From Calditrichia bacterium (GTDB lineage: Bacteria > Calditrichota > Calditrichia > JAJRVZ01), in NCBI GenBank assembly GCA_963796965.1, contig CAWCNS010000007.1, positions 544,001 through 608,000 on the forward strand: 64,000 nt of DNA, given 5' to 3'. The translations under genes and the position numbers were made by a program. Positions within the stretch are counted from its first letter, which is position 1. Each line of letters starts with the position of its first letter. The notes under the pieces are model-generated. The model was not told the origin of the DNA. It was given only the letters and a program-made list of their open reading frames with translations, and did not search any database. This document shows positions 51,619-61,099 of the stretch, piece after piece.

Positions 51619-52818
51619 CTATCTTTTTCCTGATTTTGCCGGCATTTCTAAGTTATCAAGATCACTGATTTTGATCTTTAACACCTCAACAGACTGTTTT
51701 TTTCCTGAAAATGCAATTAGCAGATATCCCTCATGTTCAATCACATGGGGATAATCCACCCAGCGTCCCCCAACAAGATAGCCCATTTTATTAAAAACCA
51801 TGCCATCCTCACTTATGGACAAAACCAGGGGATCTCTCTTTTTGGGATTGGCATTGGAAACGAGGATATAACGCCCATCACTCAATTGAAGACCATTAAA
51901 TTTCGACCGGGCATCAGGAAAATCCGTGCGCACCGGCTTGCTCCATGTTCGTCCATTATCACTGGAGAAAGCACGATAGAGATAGCCGCTTTTGGCATTA
52001 TCCCGGAAGAGAGCTAACAAATTCTGATCAGGTAACACCCACCAGTAAGGTTCTTCTGCAAGGAGCTCTCCATGAGCATGATCTACCACAGGATGCGTCT
52101 CCCATTGATCAAACCCCTTAATTCCACCGGTAAGCATAAAGACATTGCGGTCATGGGTACGGCGGGTCATCATCCATTCACCCGTAGGCAGTAATTTTGG
52201 TGGGAAATTGTTGATCGTATTATCGTAGGCAACACCCAGATCTTCCCAGACGCCATTTTCAGGATTTAGTCGGAAAGCATGAAGTTCTAAACTTTCACCA
52301 AAAAATTTATTCGCTTCATCCAAAGATGCCAGAGCCAGCAGTTCACCATCCCTTTGCCAAAATCCACGGGAAATATAGCGATAGCCATCATCAGATCGGG
52401 TATTATAAACAGGAGAATCAAGTCCGGATTTTGGTGGAAAATCCGTCATATATTTTTTGTCACTCCAGACAAGCCATCAGGGCTCGTGGCATAGGCCACA
52501 CGCTGCCCTACCCGGTCTTCCACCCCGGGGCCATCACTCCACATAAGCCAAAATTTTCCATCATGGTGCACAAGATAGTTATGTTGATTTACCCCATTCC
52601 ACGGCTTTGCATCACTAACCACCACATGTGTGGAGGGATTTTAGGTAGGTTGTCAAAATCAATTTGATGTGGATCTTCAGGGACCCAGTCCCCAACAAGC
52701 ATAACCGGCGAATCGGTATTTTAACCGGATGGGGATAATTTGCGATCTTTGGTTTAGAGGTGCATGATAAAATATGAAGCGATACCAGGATAATAATTAT
52801 TAAGTAAAATAACTTCAA
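51619..52818 (-). CDS. BNR-repeat sialidase-like lipoprotein; frameshifts in the 5' third
   Basis: AGGAGG + TTG start, ILSC; Asp-boxes SSDNGRTW and SEDG..F; EP, R, R.PL, YPH motifs. Confidence 0.75.
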
Positions 52819-52910
52819 AATCTTAATTCCTCCTATTATTCGTAATGTTTGGAAATAGTTTTCTACCACAGAGCACATTAAGAACTTAGGGCTCGCCCTC
52901 CGAGTCTGCT

Positions 52911-53191
52911 CCGTTTTACAGGGTCAAATTTAAAAAGCCTACCACAAAGTCCACAAAGAATGCACAAAGATCACAAAGATTTTATAAAAATTTTGTTTTG
53001 TGCTTAGTGTTTAGTTTTTTCTAACGCAAAGACGCAACGACCGCAAAGTACGCAAATGGAATACCTAGGATTTATAGATCTCGCTTATTGTCAATTTATA
53101 GTCAATACCAACGATCTATATTAACCGCAGTTGAAAAAATAGAATTATTTTTTTTGTGTACTTTGTGCCTTCTTTGTGTCCTTTGTGGTTA
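52911..53191. repeat. Direct copy of the composite palindromic element
   Basis: Aligns end to end with 39284-39551. Confidence 0.9.
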
Positions 53192-53336
53192 TCTTCTATC
53201 TTTTATCTTTTTACAAATTTTGCCGGCATTTCTACGTTTAACAGATACATCGAATTTTTCACCCTATCCAGTATCAAAAATCCAGTATGGTTGATTTATC
53301 CTGTCAATTTTTTATTTTCTTGAGTAGCATATGATA

Positions 53337-54509
53337 CTATTTCACAAAGATCATCTTCCGAACTTGCTGAAACTCCCCCGCCCTGAGTTTATAATAATAA
53401 ATTCCGCTCGAAAAGGCGCTCGCATCCCACTGCACCTGATGAACGCCAGCCGATTGTCTTTCTGATACCAGTATAGAGATCTGCTCGCCAAATAAGTTAT
53501 AAATTCCAAGTTCTACGTAATTCGTAATTGGTAATTCGTAATTTATAATTGTTTTTGGGTTGAATGGATTAGGGTAATTTTGATTTAATTTAAATTTTTC
53601 CGGATTGTTTTTTCCATGCGGCATAATAGTATTAACAATACGTGGGTAAAAATAGAGATGGGGATGTGATCCTTCGCTAATGGTATAATAACCGGATAAA
53701 TCTGCGGCCCAACACACGGCTTCGCCCTGAGGTTCTCTGATGTAAGGTACAATTATCAGACTATCGCTCAATATCTCATCAATTGTTTGATCACCATCAG
53801 TATTCCAATAATACATCACATTATACTTCTTAATTAACATTTCCTCACCATCAGGAGAGATATCACCACCAACAGCCGTACTAAATGGCAAAGAACCTGC
53901 AAACTCCAGCGTATCCACATGGAAGGTTGGCGCCGCATAAAATGTGTAGGGCCAGGCCGCCCGATAAACCTTTGTGTTTGTTTCCTTTGAAACAATGTAA
54001 ATGTCCAGGTTTAAAGGATCGATCATTAACGTTTCCGCATTACGGTTTCCATCAGGATACTGGAACACCAATCTTTCGACACCATAAAGCACCGTATCAA
54101 TTGGAACCTGGTCGGCGGAAACATGAGGTTCACGAATACGATAGATATATTTACTCGTATACCGAGCAGAATTGTCCCCAATTTCACCGATATAAATATA
54201 GTGTTCTCCTGCAATCGGTCCGGGTCCAACCGTCATATCCTCCCAATCCCGATTCTGGATTCCGGCAATAGTGAAATTACCCAGATGTTTACCTTGTGAA
54301 TTAAAGGCAAACACGCGATTCTTGCCCCCTGAATCATTATGCGTCCAAAAAACATCCGGATTTTTTGAGCTTGCCGCCAGGCCGGAAGCTTCTACAATAT
54401 CATTTGATTCAATTGTCCCCATATCCACTCTCATGCCGAAATCCTGAGATAGGGCAAACTTGCATAAGAAAAAACAGATTAAGATGTGGTAAAAATACAT
54501 GCGTATCAA
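53337..54509 (-). CDS. Secreted beta-propeller-like protein with T9SS type A sorting domain
   Basis: EASGLA, WTHNDSG, DWED, GEIGDN, AETL, QGEA; C-terminal QNYPNPFNP...SG.YYY.L......KM. Confidence 0.85.
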   Translation of the reverse strand: MIRMYFYHILICFFLCKFALSQDFGMRVDMGTIESNDIVEASGLAASSKNPDVFWTHNDSGGKNRVFAFNSQGKHLGNFTIAGIQNRDWEDMTVGPGPIAGEHYIYIGEIGDNSARYTSKYIYRIREPHVSADQVPIDTVLYGVERLVFQYPDGNRNAETLMIDPLNLDIYIVSKETNTKVYRAAWPYTFYAAPTFHVDTLEFAGSLPFSTAVGGDISPDGEEMLIKKYNVMYYWNTDGDQTIDEILSDSLIIVPYIREPQGEAVCWAADLSGYYTISEGSHPHLYFYPRIVNTIMPHGKNNPEKFKLNQNYPNPFNPKTIINYELPITNYVELGIYNLFGEQISILVSERQSAGVHQVQWDASAFSSGIYYYKLRAGEFQQVRKMIFVK

Positions 54510-54726
54510 TTTCAGATCCCAGGTTAAACTTTATATAACGGAGATTCTATCCGGGTATGGTAATACCGGATGCCTTATTCATTAAGGCTAAAAATCTACA
54601 AATTTATAATGAACCGATCAAAGATAAGAGTTTTCCTTGCCAGTGGCGCATCCGATTCCTTGACCACAGGATACGTATCGCTTGCATGGGGGATAGAATC
54701 AGGTTTAATGAACAGGAGTCTTTTAT

Positions 54727-55611
54727 TTAAGATAGGCTGGCTTCCACATCGGATCGGGTTGGAATTGATTCAGCCGCACCCTTTCTGGAGACACACATGG
54801 AAGCTGCTTTACAAGCAATTCTTAAAGAACTTTCCAGATCAGCACCGGAGCTCATCGAAGCGAGGAAATAACCGATAAAGGTATCTCCGGCTGCTGTTGT
54901 ATCGATTGCACTAACTTTGAAGGCTCTTTGTTCTATTTGTGTAAGGGAGTCTGCATAAATCGCGCCCTTCTCTCCCAGGGTAAGAACTATCTTGATATTG
55001 GGATAGGTGTTGAGCAGATTGTCAATGATCTTCTGAGGCATCTGTTCTCCACTCAATTCAGAGCCTTCGATAAGATTTAAAAACAGAATGTTTACAACTT
55101 CCAGGGGAAGCCTTCCAACTTCTGTAGTGATAGGCGCAGGATTATAGGCTACAGAAATCTTTCTCTCATGTGCTGTTTTAAGAATAGTTCCAATAGAGTT
55201 GATCTCATTCTGAAGGACAAGCCAATCACCCCGCTGGCAGGTTTTAACGACTTGGTCTATTTGATCTGAATCGATTGATTGGTTTGCCCCACCTTCAACG
55301 ATGATACAATTCTCACCATTGGGATTGACTTGTATTATCGCATGTCCGGTGGGTGAATTGCTAATCTTGACCAGGCTGATATCTACCCCAGCCTGACTAA
55401 GATAATCAAGTAATCGTTGACCATCTTCCCCAATTTTACCCGCGTGGATTACTTTTGCTCCCGCGCGGGCCAGAGCAATGGATTGGTTTAATCCCTTCCC
55501 ACCAAAATGCGTTTCGTATTGCATGCTGGCGACTGTTTCACCAGGTTGGACAAAGTGATCCACCCGGTACACATGGTCTATATTCAACGAACCGAAATTT
55601 ACTATTTTCAT
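54727..55611 (-). CDS. rbsK: Ribokinase
   Basis: GSLN.D, GGKG.NQ, QNE, NPAP, TLG..G, DTTAAGDTF.G. Confidence 0.88.
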   Translation of the reverse strand: MKIVNFGSLNIDHVYRVDHFVQPGETVASMQYETHFGGKGLNQSIALARAGAKVIHAGKIGEDGQRLLDYLSQAGVDISLVKISNSPTGHAIIQVNPNGENCIIVEGGANQSIDSDQIDQVVKTCQRGDWLVLQNEINSIGTILKTAHERKISVAYNPAPITTEVGRLPLEVVNILFLNLIEGSELSGEQMPQKIIDNLLNTYPNIKIVLTLGEKGAIYADSLTQIEQRAFKVSAIDTTAAGDTFIGYFLASMSSGADLESSLRIACKAASMCVSRKGAAESIPTRSDVEASLS

Positions 55612-55666
55612 TTATATAAAATGTTGCCTGTTTTCATTAATCTACAAAAGTGTTTATTTGTTTTTT

Positions 55667-55762
55667 AACCAAAAGGACACAAAGAAGGCACTAAGATCAC
55701 AAAGTTTTTATCAGGAACTTTTTCTTTGTGTACTCTGTGCCTTCTTTGTGATCTTTGTGGTA
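55667..55762. repeat. Palindromic element, CACAAAG arm type
   Basis: Same arms as 36070-36167. Confidence 0.85.
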
Positions 55763-55858
55763 AATCTTTTATCTTTTTTAAATCTGAACGGCAAGAAACG
55801 GACAGGTCCGAAGGGCGAGCAACAGGCTTCCCTTGATAGAATTTCAATGTTCTATCGA

Positions 55859-57256
55859 TTATTCCTCTTTGACTGGTATCGGCAAGAATGGTTTGAATAA
55901 GAACAATGAGATTACTCCTGCCAGGTACATGACAAGTCCGAATATGGCCGAGGTAAAAAATAGAGAACTATAAAAATCGCCCATGGCATCCTGGATAAGC
56001 AAGGCAATGGTCATGGCCAAAGAGGCATTACGCAGACCAGTCTCCAGCGATATCGCCCGCGTCTGGTAATTGTTAATACCAACCAGTTTTGAGATAAATA
56101 AACCAACCAGCATACCCAGCAAGGTCAAAGAAAATATAGTCCCATAAAATTTTACACCATACCGCGCCGTATCAGCAAAGGAGTTTAGATTGCTCAATAC
56201 ACCGGCAATAATCAATATTAGCAGGGCGACAATTCCTAATGCCGAAAATACAGGCACCGCTTTCTTGGCAAATCCATCCCACTTTTTCCGAACAGACATT
56301 CCGATTGCCAGGGGTAATATGACAAGGATCAGAATCGTCTGAACGACAATCTTAACCGGAATAGTAACTTCTGGCAGGTTGGTACAATACAAGGCCAACA
56401 GAAGTGGTGTAAATATGAGCGAAAACACGGTTGAGAAGGACGTTAATGATATGGAGAGGGCTACATCCCCCTTTGCATAATAGGTCATCAGATTGGATGT
56501 AACACCGCCTGGTGTGGCGGTTATCAATATCATACCCACATAAATAAAGGGAAAGTATTCATAAAATCCCACCAAATACCCTAAAACAAATGCCAGAAAA
56601 GGCATTACCCCAAATTGCAGGATCTCACCGATAATAATGCCTTTTGGTTTTTTGAATACCAGGGCAAATTCTTCCAGGGTTAAGGTTAAGCCCATCCCAA
56701 CCATGACAAAGAAGAGCATCAAAATGATGAAAATCTTAAATATCCTGTCCAGCATAACCGGGCTGGGCCTGGCAACAAACCGGGCAAATTCATAGTCCTG
56801 ACCATCGATGGTAGTTTTGACAACATCAACCTCAAACTCCAGTTTGCTCTCCATCATACCCTCTAATCCGGCGTAAGGGGAGTCGGCATCTTTGGAGATC
56901 ATCGACGGATCTTCCGGTAAGGCCAGGACAAACAACTCACCACTAAGTTTACGAACCAGATAAAGGGTATGTTTGGCCTCGGGCTTCTTTTCTGTTACAA
57001 GTTTTAGAACACGCAGGTTTCCGGCAAAGGCCATTTTGGTAGCCTTATTCCAGTCAATAGTAGTTGATTGCTCATTCAATACTTCAAACACTTTTATATC
57101 GCCTTTACCATTGGCAATTTGGGAGAGTTTTACATATAATTTTTCACCGGAATCAGTTTGGGCCTGTAACGAAACCGGCACTATAATCAAAAAGATCAAC
57201 AATAAGACACAAGACAAAAATGTATATCCTTTGGGCAAAATGATACCATTCTTCAT
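55859..57256 (-). CDS. Bile acid:sodium symporter (BASS) family protein with an extra N-terminal exported domain
   Basis: M.GMGLTL, QF..MP, PGG.TSN, GDVALS, ETG.RNA; signal peptide plus about 140 aa soluble region. Confidence 0.85.
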   Translation of the reverse strand: MKNGIILPKGYTFLSCVLLLIFLIIVPVSLQAQTDSGEKLYVKLSQIANGKGDIKVFEVLNEQSTTIDWNKATKMAFAGNLRVLKLVTEKKPEAKHTLYLVRKLSGELFVLALPEDPSMISKDADSPYAGLEGMMESKLEFEVDVVKTTIDGQDYEFARFVARPSPVMLDRIFKIFIILMLFFVMVGMGLTLTLEEFALVFKKPKGIIIGEILQFGVMPFLAFVLGYLVGFYEYFPFIYVGMILITATPGGVTSNLMTYYAKGDVALSISLTSFSTVFSLIFTPLLLALYCTNLPEVTIPVKIVVQTILILVILPLAIGMSVRKKWDGFAKKAVPVFSALGIVALLILIIAGVLSNLNSFADTARYGVKFYGTIFSLTLLGMLVGLFISKLVGINNYQTRAISLETGLRNASLAMTIALLIQDAMGDFYSSLFFTSAIFGLVMYLAGVISLFLFKPFLPIPVKEE

Positions 57257-57414
57257 GACAGGACTCTCCTTATGCTTGATCATTTAGTGAGATGTGTTTG
57301 TGGGGAAGAATCTAATTATTAGAAAAATGCGTTGATGAGTGAAGATTAAATAAATTATCACTGTACATCAAATATAATTTTAATCAGATTTATTTTAATT
57401 TAATTACTGCCAGA

Positions 57415-57547
57415 GCCGGATAATGGTCACGCTCAAGCGGCCAGCCATAAATTTTTGTTAGTCACTGAATACCAGGTACGGCACAATGTGTTTTCTTCTA
57501 CGCTTGTCTTTAGATGCGACTTAGTCGGGGAAACGATGGTTAGTAAT
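57415..57547 (-). mobile_element. Degenerate attC-like site
   Basis: Minus strand: TACTAAC just after the toxin stop, ending ...CTTGAGCGTGACC-ATTATCC (mutated GTT). Confidence 0.45.
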
Positions 57548-57551
57548 TGAT

Positions 57552-57850
57552 TTACTTTTTATCGATTTCACTTGACCGTATTAATCTATGTGATTCAAAA
57601 ACGGTCAGAATTTCTATCAAATCTGGTGATACTCTATAGACAATGCGATAATTTTTGAATATTATCTCTCGTAATTCGGGAAGTGAGAACTCGGGTACAA
57701 TTCTACCTTTATTTGGATGCTTTTTGAGGGACTCGTCTTTGTAATAATTTGTGTGATGAATCTATTGGCTCTGGTAGGGCTGTCGTCAGCGATAAACTCT
57801 TCAATACTGATCAATCTATTGACAAATTCGTGCGTCCATACAACTTTCAT
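57552..57850 (-). CDS. RelE/ParE-family toxin; frameshift near 57735
   Basis: MKVVWT, I.EFIA.DSP..A; second frame GRIVPE....LRE....YRI.YR....IL.VF to TAA 57552. Confidence 0.8.
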
Positions 57851-58140
57851 TGATCGGCTCTTTTATTTCTCCTCCTGTTTAATTCATTTTCTAGCTGCTC
57901 TGTATCATATATATTTTTGTTGTCGGCATCTGCCAATCCACGATCCACGGAGTCAACAAATTGCCTTATTTCGTTAAGTCTGTCGTAGTCAGTTGGTGAT
58001 AAAACCACGGCTGCCGGTCGTCCATTTTGCGTCACCACAATTGGATGACCAGAAGATTTAGATTTTTCAATCCACTTTGATAGACTAGCCTTAAATTCAC
58101 CAATTGGTACTATATCATCTGCAACGCTAATGTTTTTCAT
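57847..58140 (-). CDS. Phd/YefM-family antitoxin
   Basis: DI.PI.EFK, PI.VTQNGRPAAV..SP..Y; ATGA overlap with the toxin. Confidence 0.88.
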   Translation of the reverse strand: MKNISVADDIVPIGEFKASLSKWIEKSKSSGHPIVVTQNGRPAAVVLSPTDYDRLNEIRQFVDSVDRGLADADNKNIYDTEQLENELNRRRNKRADQ

Positions 58141-58164
58141 TATTATATTCCTTAAGTTTGTAAT

Positions 58165-58198
58165 TAGACCCAAATATAGACCTAAATACAGGCTAAAT
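58165..58198. promoter_or_regulatory. 12-bp-period direct repeats upstream of the antitoxin (putative TA operator)
   Basis: TAGACCCAAATA TAGACCTAAATA CAGGCTAAAT. Confidence 0.5.
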
Positions 58199-58677
58199 CA
58201 ATATTGTGCTGAAAAACTCACCCATTTTTTATCGTATTCTTTATGAAAAGTGCCTTTACGGTGAGCTAAATTGGGCCTCCAGCTTTCATCTTGTGTAACC
58301 ATAATCCAGGGTGAATTATGTCTAAAGTTAGATCCGAGCGGATCAAAACTTTCTCTGTCATCAATCCATGACTTCCATCTTACAGGAACATCATCTTCAA
58401 TAAGTCTTCCGGTACCTTTATCATAAAAGTTTAAATTAAAATTGTACATCTCTGCCACGATCGGAAGAAATTGAACATGGGTAAACTGGGTAATACTAAA
58501 TTGGCGAGGACTTACAAAACCCCGATAGTTAAACAATAAGGTATGATAATCTTCGAAATGAATATTTTCTCTATCCATTGCATAATATTCCGGTTCGGCT
58601 GGCGTGAAATTCTTCTGGGCAAAAACAGATAGAACCGAATTAATAATTATAAGTAGGGTAAAGAATTCTTTTTTCAT
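58198..58677 (-). CDS. Secreted hypothetical protein, probably 3'-truncated
   Basis: Signal peptide; ends abruptly at the TA upstream region. Confidence 0.5.
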   Translation of the reverse strand: MKKEFFTLLIIINSVLSVFAQKNFTPAEPEYYAMDRENIHFEDYHTLLFNYRGFVSPRQFSITQFTHVQFLPIVAEMYNFNLNFYDKGTGRLIEDDVPVRWKSWIDDRESFDPLGSNFRHNSPWIMVTQDESWRPNLAHRKGTFHKEYDKKWVSFSAQY

Positions 58678-58738
58678 TTTTAACTCTTTAAATTATGTTA
58701 TTATCTGTCATTCCATTTTTTTACATATAACGATGGAA

Positions 58739-59038
58739 CTAAGCTGCTGTAACTGCTGCAACGTGGTCCTGTGAAAAGTTTAGCCGGATGCTATCACTAT
58801 AACCCGGCGCAAATTCTGTTCCCGGCGTAACTGTTACACCTGCCTGATGGCGAAGCAGCCGTACAAACATATTTGGTTCACCATCATCAGCAGTAAGCCA
58901 AAGTGAGTCACTTCCATCAGAAAGATGGGCATCAAGAGTTGCCTCAACGTAGGCAAGCCCGTCTGAATCGAACTCGCCACTTTCTTGAATTATCTTGAGA
59001 ATCGACTCTTTGTCGCCGGGAATTGTTTTACGAATCAC
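58739..59038 (-). pseudogene. Chimeric remnant: GNAT-like N-terminus joined to an aminotransferase-like C-terminus
   Basis: MIR.....D...I..I...SG.F...WLTADDGEP followed by AGVTVTPGTEF.P....SIRLNFS. Confidence 0.55.
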
Positions 59039-59057
59039 GTATCTTCTCCAATTATTG

Positions 59058-59105
59058 GGCTAACGCTCCGGTTCACGGACTGGTTCGCGTTTTCCGCTGT
59101 TGGCT
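59058..59105 (-). mobile_element. Short or deleted attC-like site
   Basis: Minus strand AGCCAAC...GTTAGCC, followed by a GGAG RBS and the GTG of the next ORF. Confidence 0.5.
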
Positions 59106-59963
59106 TTCTCGGATTTGGTCAAGCTCATCAGGGCTTCCAATGTTGGCTCCATCCATGCTTTGTCCCAACGATGGCTAAAATTGAGACTATTATCATAGTG
59201 ATGCTTGATGCCTTCTTTCTCAAGCAGCATGTGGGCTTCGACTGTATGGGATCCCTTGTTGGTGGGCGTCTTCTTCAGTCTTGCCCCAGAGTTTCTCGCC
59301 GGTGAGAACGAGGCGGGTTTTTTCACTGAAAAAGGCCTTCTGTTTCGGAGCGAGCTGATCAAACTGAAATCTTTTGAGTTGCTCGATGGTCCCGTAGATA
59401 GATTCCATACCAAAGTAAAAACGATTAAACATCATCGGTGCATCCCATGCGGCGGCATAGCCGAAGAACTCGGGATAGGTCATGATCAGGCTGAAAGCGC
59501 CCCAGCCGCTTTTGCTGAATCCCAGAAGCAGGCGTCCCCCGGACGTTCCCAGCGTAGAATACCGTTTCTCTATAAAGGGAATCACAAACTCCTTCATATA
59601 GCTGGCCTGACGAACCTGTGGGTCGGTGGCATGGTCACCGAACCACGGCTCCTTCTCGAAGCCCATTTGAACAATGATCAGGTTGTAGCGATTATGGGCA
59701 TCCATTTTCTGAAGCACATCGAGTCCGAAACCGAACTCCGTCTCGAATCCCTTCTCAACGGGCAGCACATACAGAACGCGATAGGAGTGGTCTCTTGAAT
59801 AGTTGTCGGGAAGTAGTACCCGGATCTGCTGCTCGCCATTCTGGTATTCGCTTTGAATGAGATGGATCTCTATATCGGCTGCCTGGACAGTAGAATGGAA
59901 AAACAGAAAGGCCAGTGCAAATATGGCGTGGGCGAGAATACGGTTGGGGACCATGCTCTTCAC
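59060..59963 (-). CDS. Secreted putative esterase (alpha/beta hydrolase); frameshift near 59283
   Basis: VLLP..Y......VLYVLP, IP.IE..Y, GFSKSG; C-terminal H.W..AW in the second frame; higher GC than flanks. Confidence 0.75.
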
Positions 59964-60043
59964 CTCTCTCTATTGATTGATTTTCAAAATTGTTATTTCC
60001 AATGGGCATTGATTTGCGCAGATTACAGGATTTGGATAAAAAG

Positions 60044-60176
60044 GTTTCACGCCGCACTTCACCGGCTAGCGGCATCAACCATTAACCTTGATAAACACGA
60101 AAAATATAATTCTTCTTCCTGATTTCAACCAATACACCGAGCCCGCACTCGTCGGTATGCAATCGCATTGTTATAC
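60044..60176 (-). mobile_element. Long attC-like site with mutated R' core
   Basis: Minus strand GTATAAC-AATGCGATTGCATACCGAC ... GCCGGTGAAGTGCGGC-GTGAAAC. Confidence 0.55.
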
Positions 60177-60392
60177 GCCACACGTACAAACTTAAAATTA
60201 TTCTTATTGGCCCATTAATAGTTTTCTGCAAGATAAGATTGTATACTATTCTAAACAAGATTTATATCCTGTGGATAGAATTTTCACAGTTCTAAAAAAT
60301 CGTGAAGTCTATTTCAGATATGAGATAGGATTGAGCAAAATAAGGGGTCAAAACGGGTGTTTTGTTTCACATTTCAGGAAAGAAAGATGAAA

Positions 60393-60452
60393 TTATAACG
60401 TTTAAAGATCAGACACGGCGCTTAGCGCCGTTGCCTGAACGACTTGTTATCT
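60393..60452 (-). mobile_element. 60-bp integron attC site (59-base-element-like)
   Basis: Minus strand AGATAAC AAGTCG TTCAGGC AACGGCGC-TAA-GCGCCGT GTCTGA TCTTTAAAC GTTATAA. Confidence 0.75.
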
Positions 60453-60525
60453 TTGTTCGTACTCTGCAATATAACTTAAAGTCTTAATACCTGGACAATC
60501 AACAGTAGTGATGTTAGTATTGCGA

Positions 60526-61063
60526 AGACTGTCGAAAAACCCCGGTTCCGATAAATTCATTTGTAATCAAACACTTATTTTTCTAGATTATTAAAACGTC
60601 TCAGATGTGGGGTTACTAATGGCAAAATACAAAAAATATGACTACAATCAAACCGTTTTACTCCCACATTAATTATCACACCAACTGCAGGAAGGTACAC
60701 TTGAATTCTACATCAATAATATTGTCAATGATAAGATTGATATGACGGTAAGGTCATTTACTCCAAACGTCTTGCCACGGTAGAACCTGTGTTTGCCAAT
60801 ATCCGTAGTCAAAAGAGATTAGATCGCTTTACTTATCGGGGTAAAGTAAAAGTAAATATCCAATGGATGATGAATTGCATGGTGTACGATATAGAGAAAA
60901 TTATGAATTATGGACTTACTGATTAAAGATAACATTATAAAATGATATAACTCTGAATGGTAAAACAAAAATAAGCGATATATAACAGATAAAATAGAAA
61001 TATTAAATATATTGAATCATTTCTCAGTAAAAACAGCTAATAAATTGACTTATTCGACAGTCT
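60526..61063 (+). mobile_element. Internally deleted IS1182-family element
   Basis: Terminal IRs AGACTGTCGAA.AA / TT.TTCGACAGTCT; transposase N-end MAKYKKYDYNQ.VLLP (60619) fused to C-end YSKR..TVEPVFANI.....RF..RG..KV..QW (stop 60926). Confidence 0.8.
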
Positions 61064-61099
61064 CAACGGTCATGAATCACACGATTCAGAATCGTGCAG

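Noticed and set aside
50964..55900. Cys-rich short ORFs (e.g. MCTLCLLCGLCV..., LCVLCAFFV...) at 50964, 50976, 51572, 53088, 55658 and 55665, and similar ones at 9314, 33459 and 45840
   Set aside because: They are translations of the CACAAAG/CGCAGAG repeat arms, not metal-binding peptides
59205..59798. 197-aa plus-strand ORF, and other long antisense ORFs such as 5620-6144 and 47484-48023
   Set aside because: Shadow frames of well-supported genes on the opposite strand; no motifs of their own
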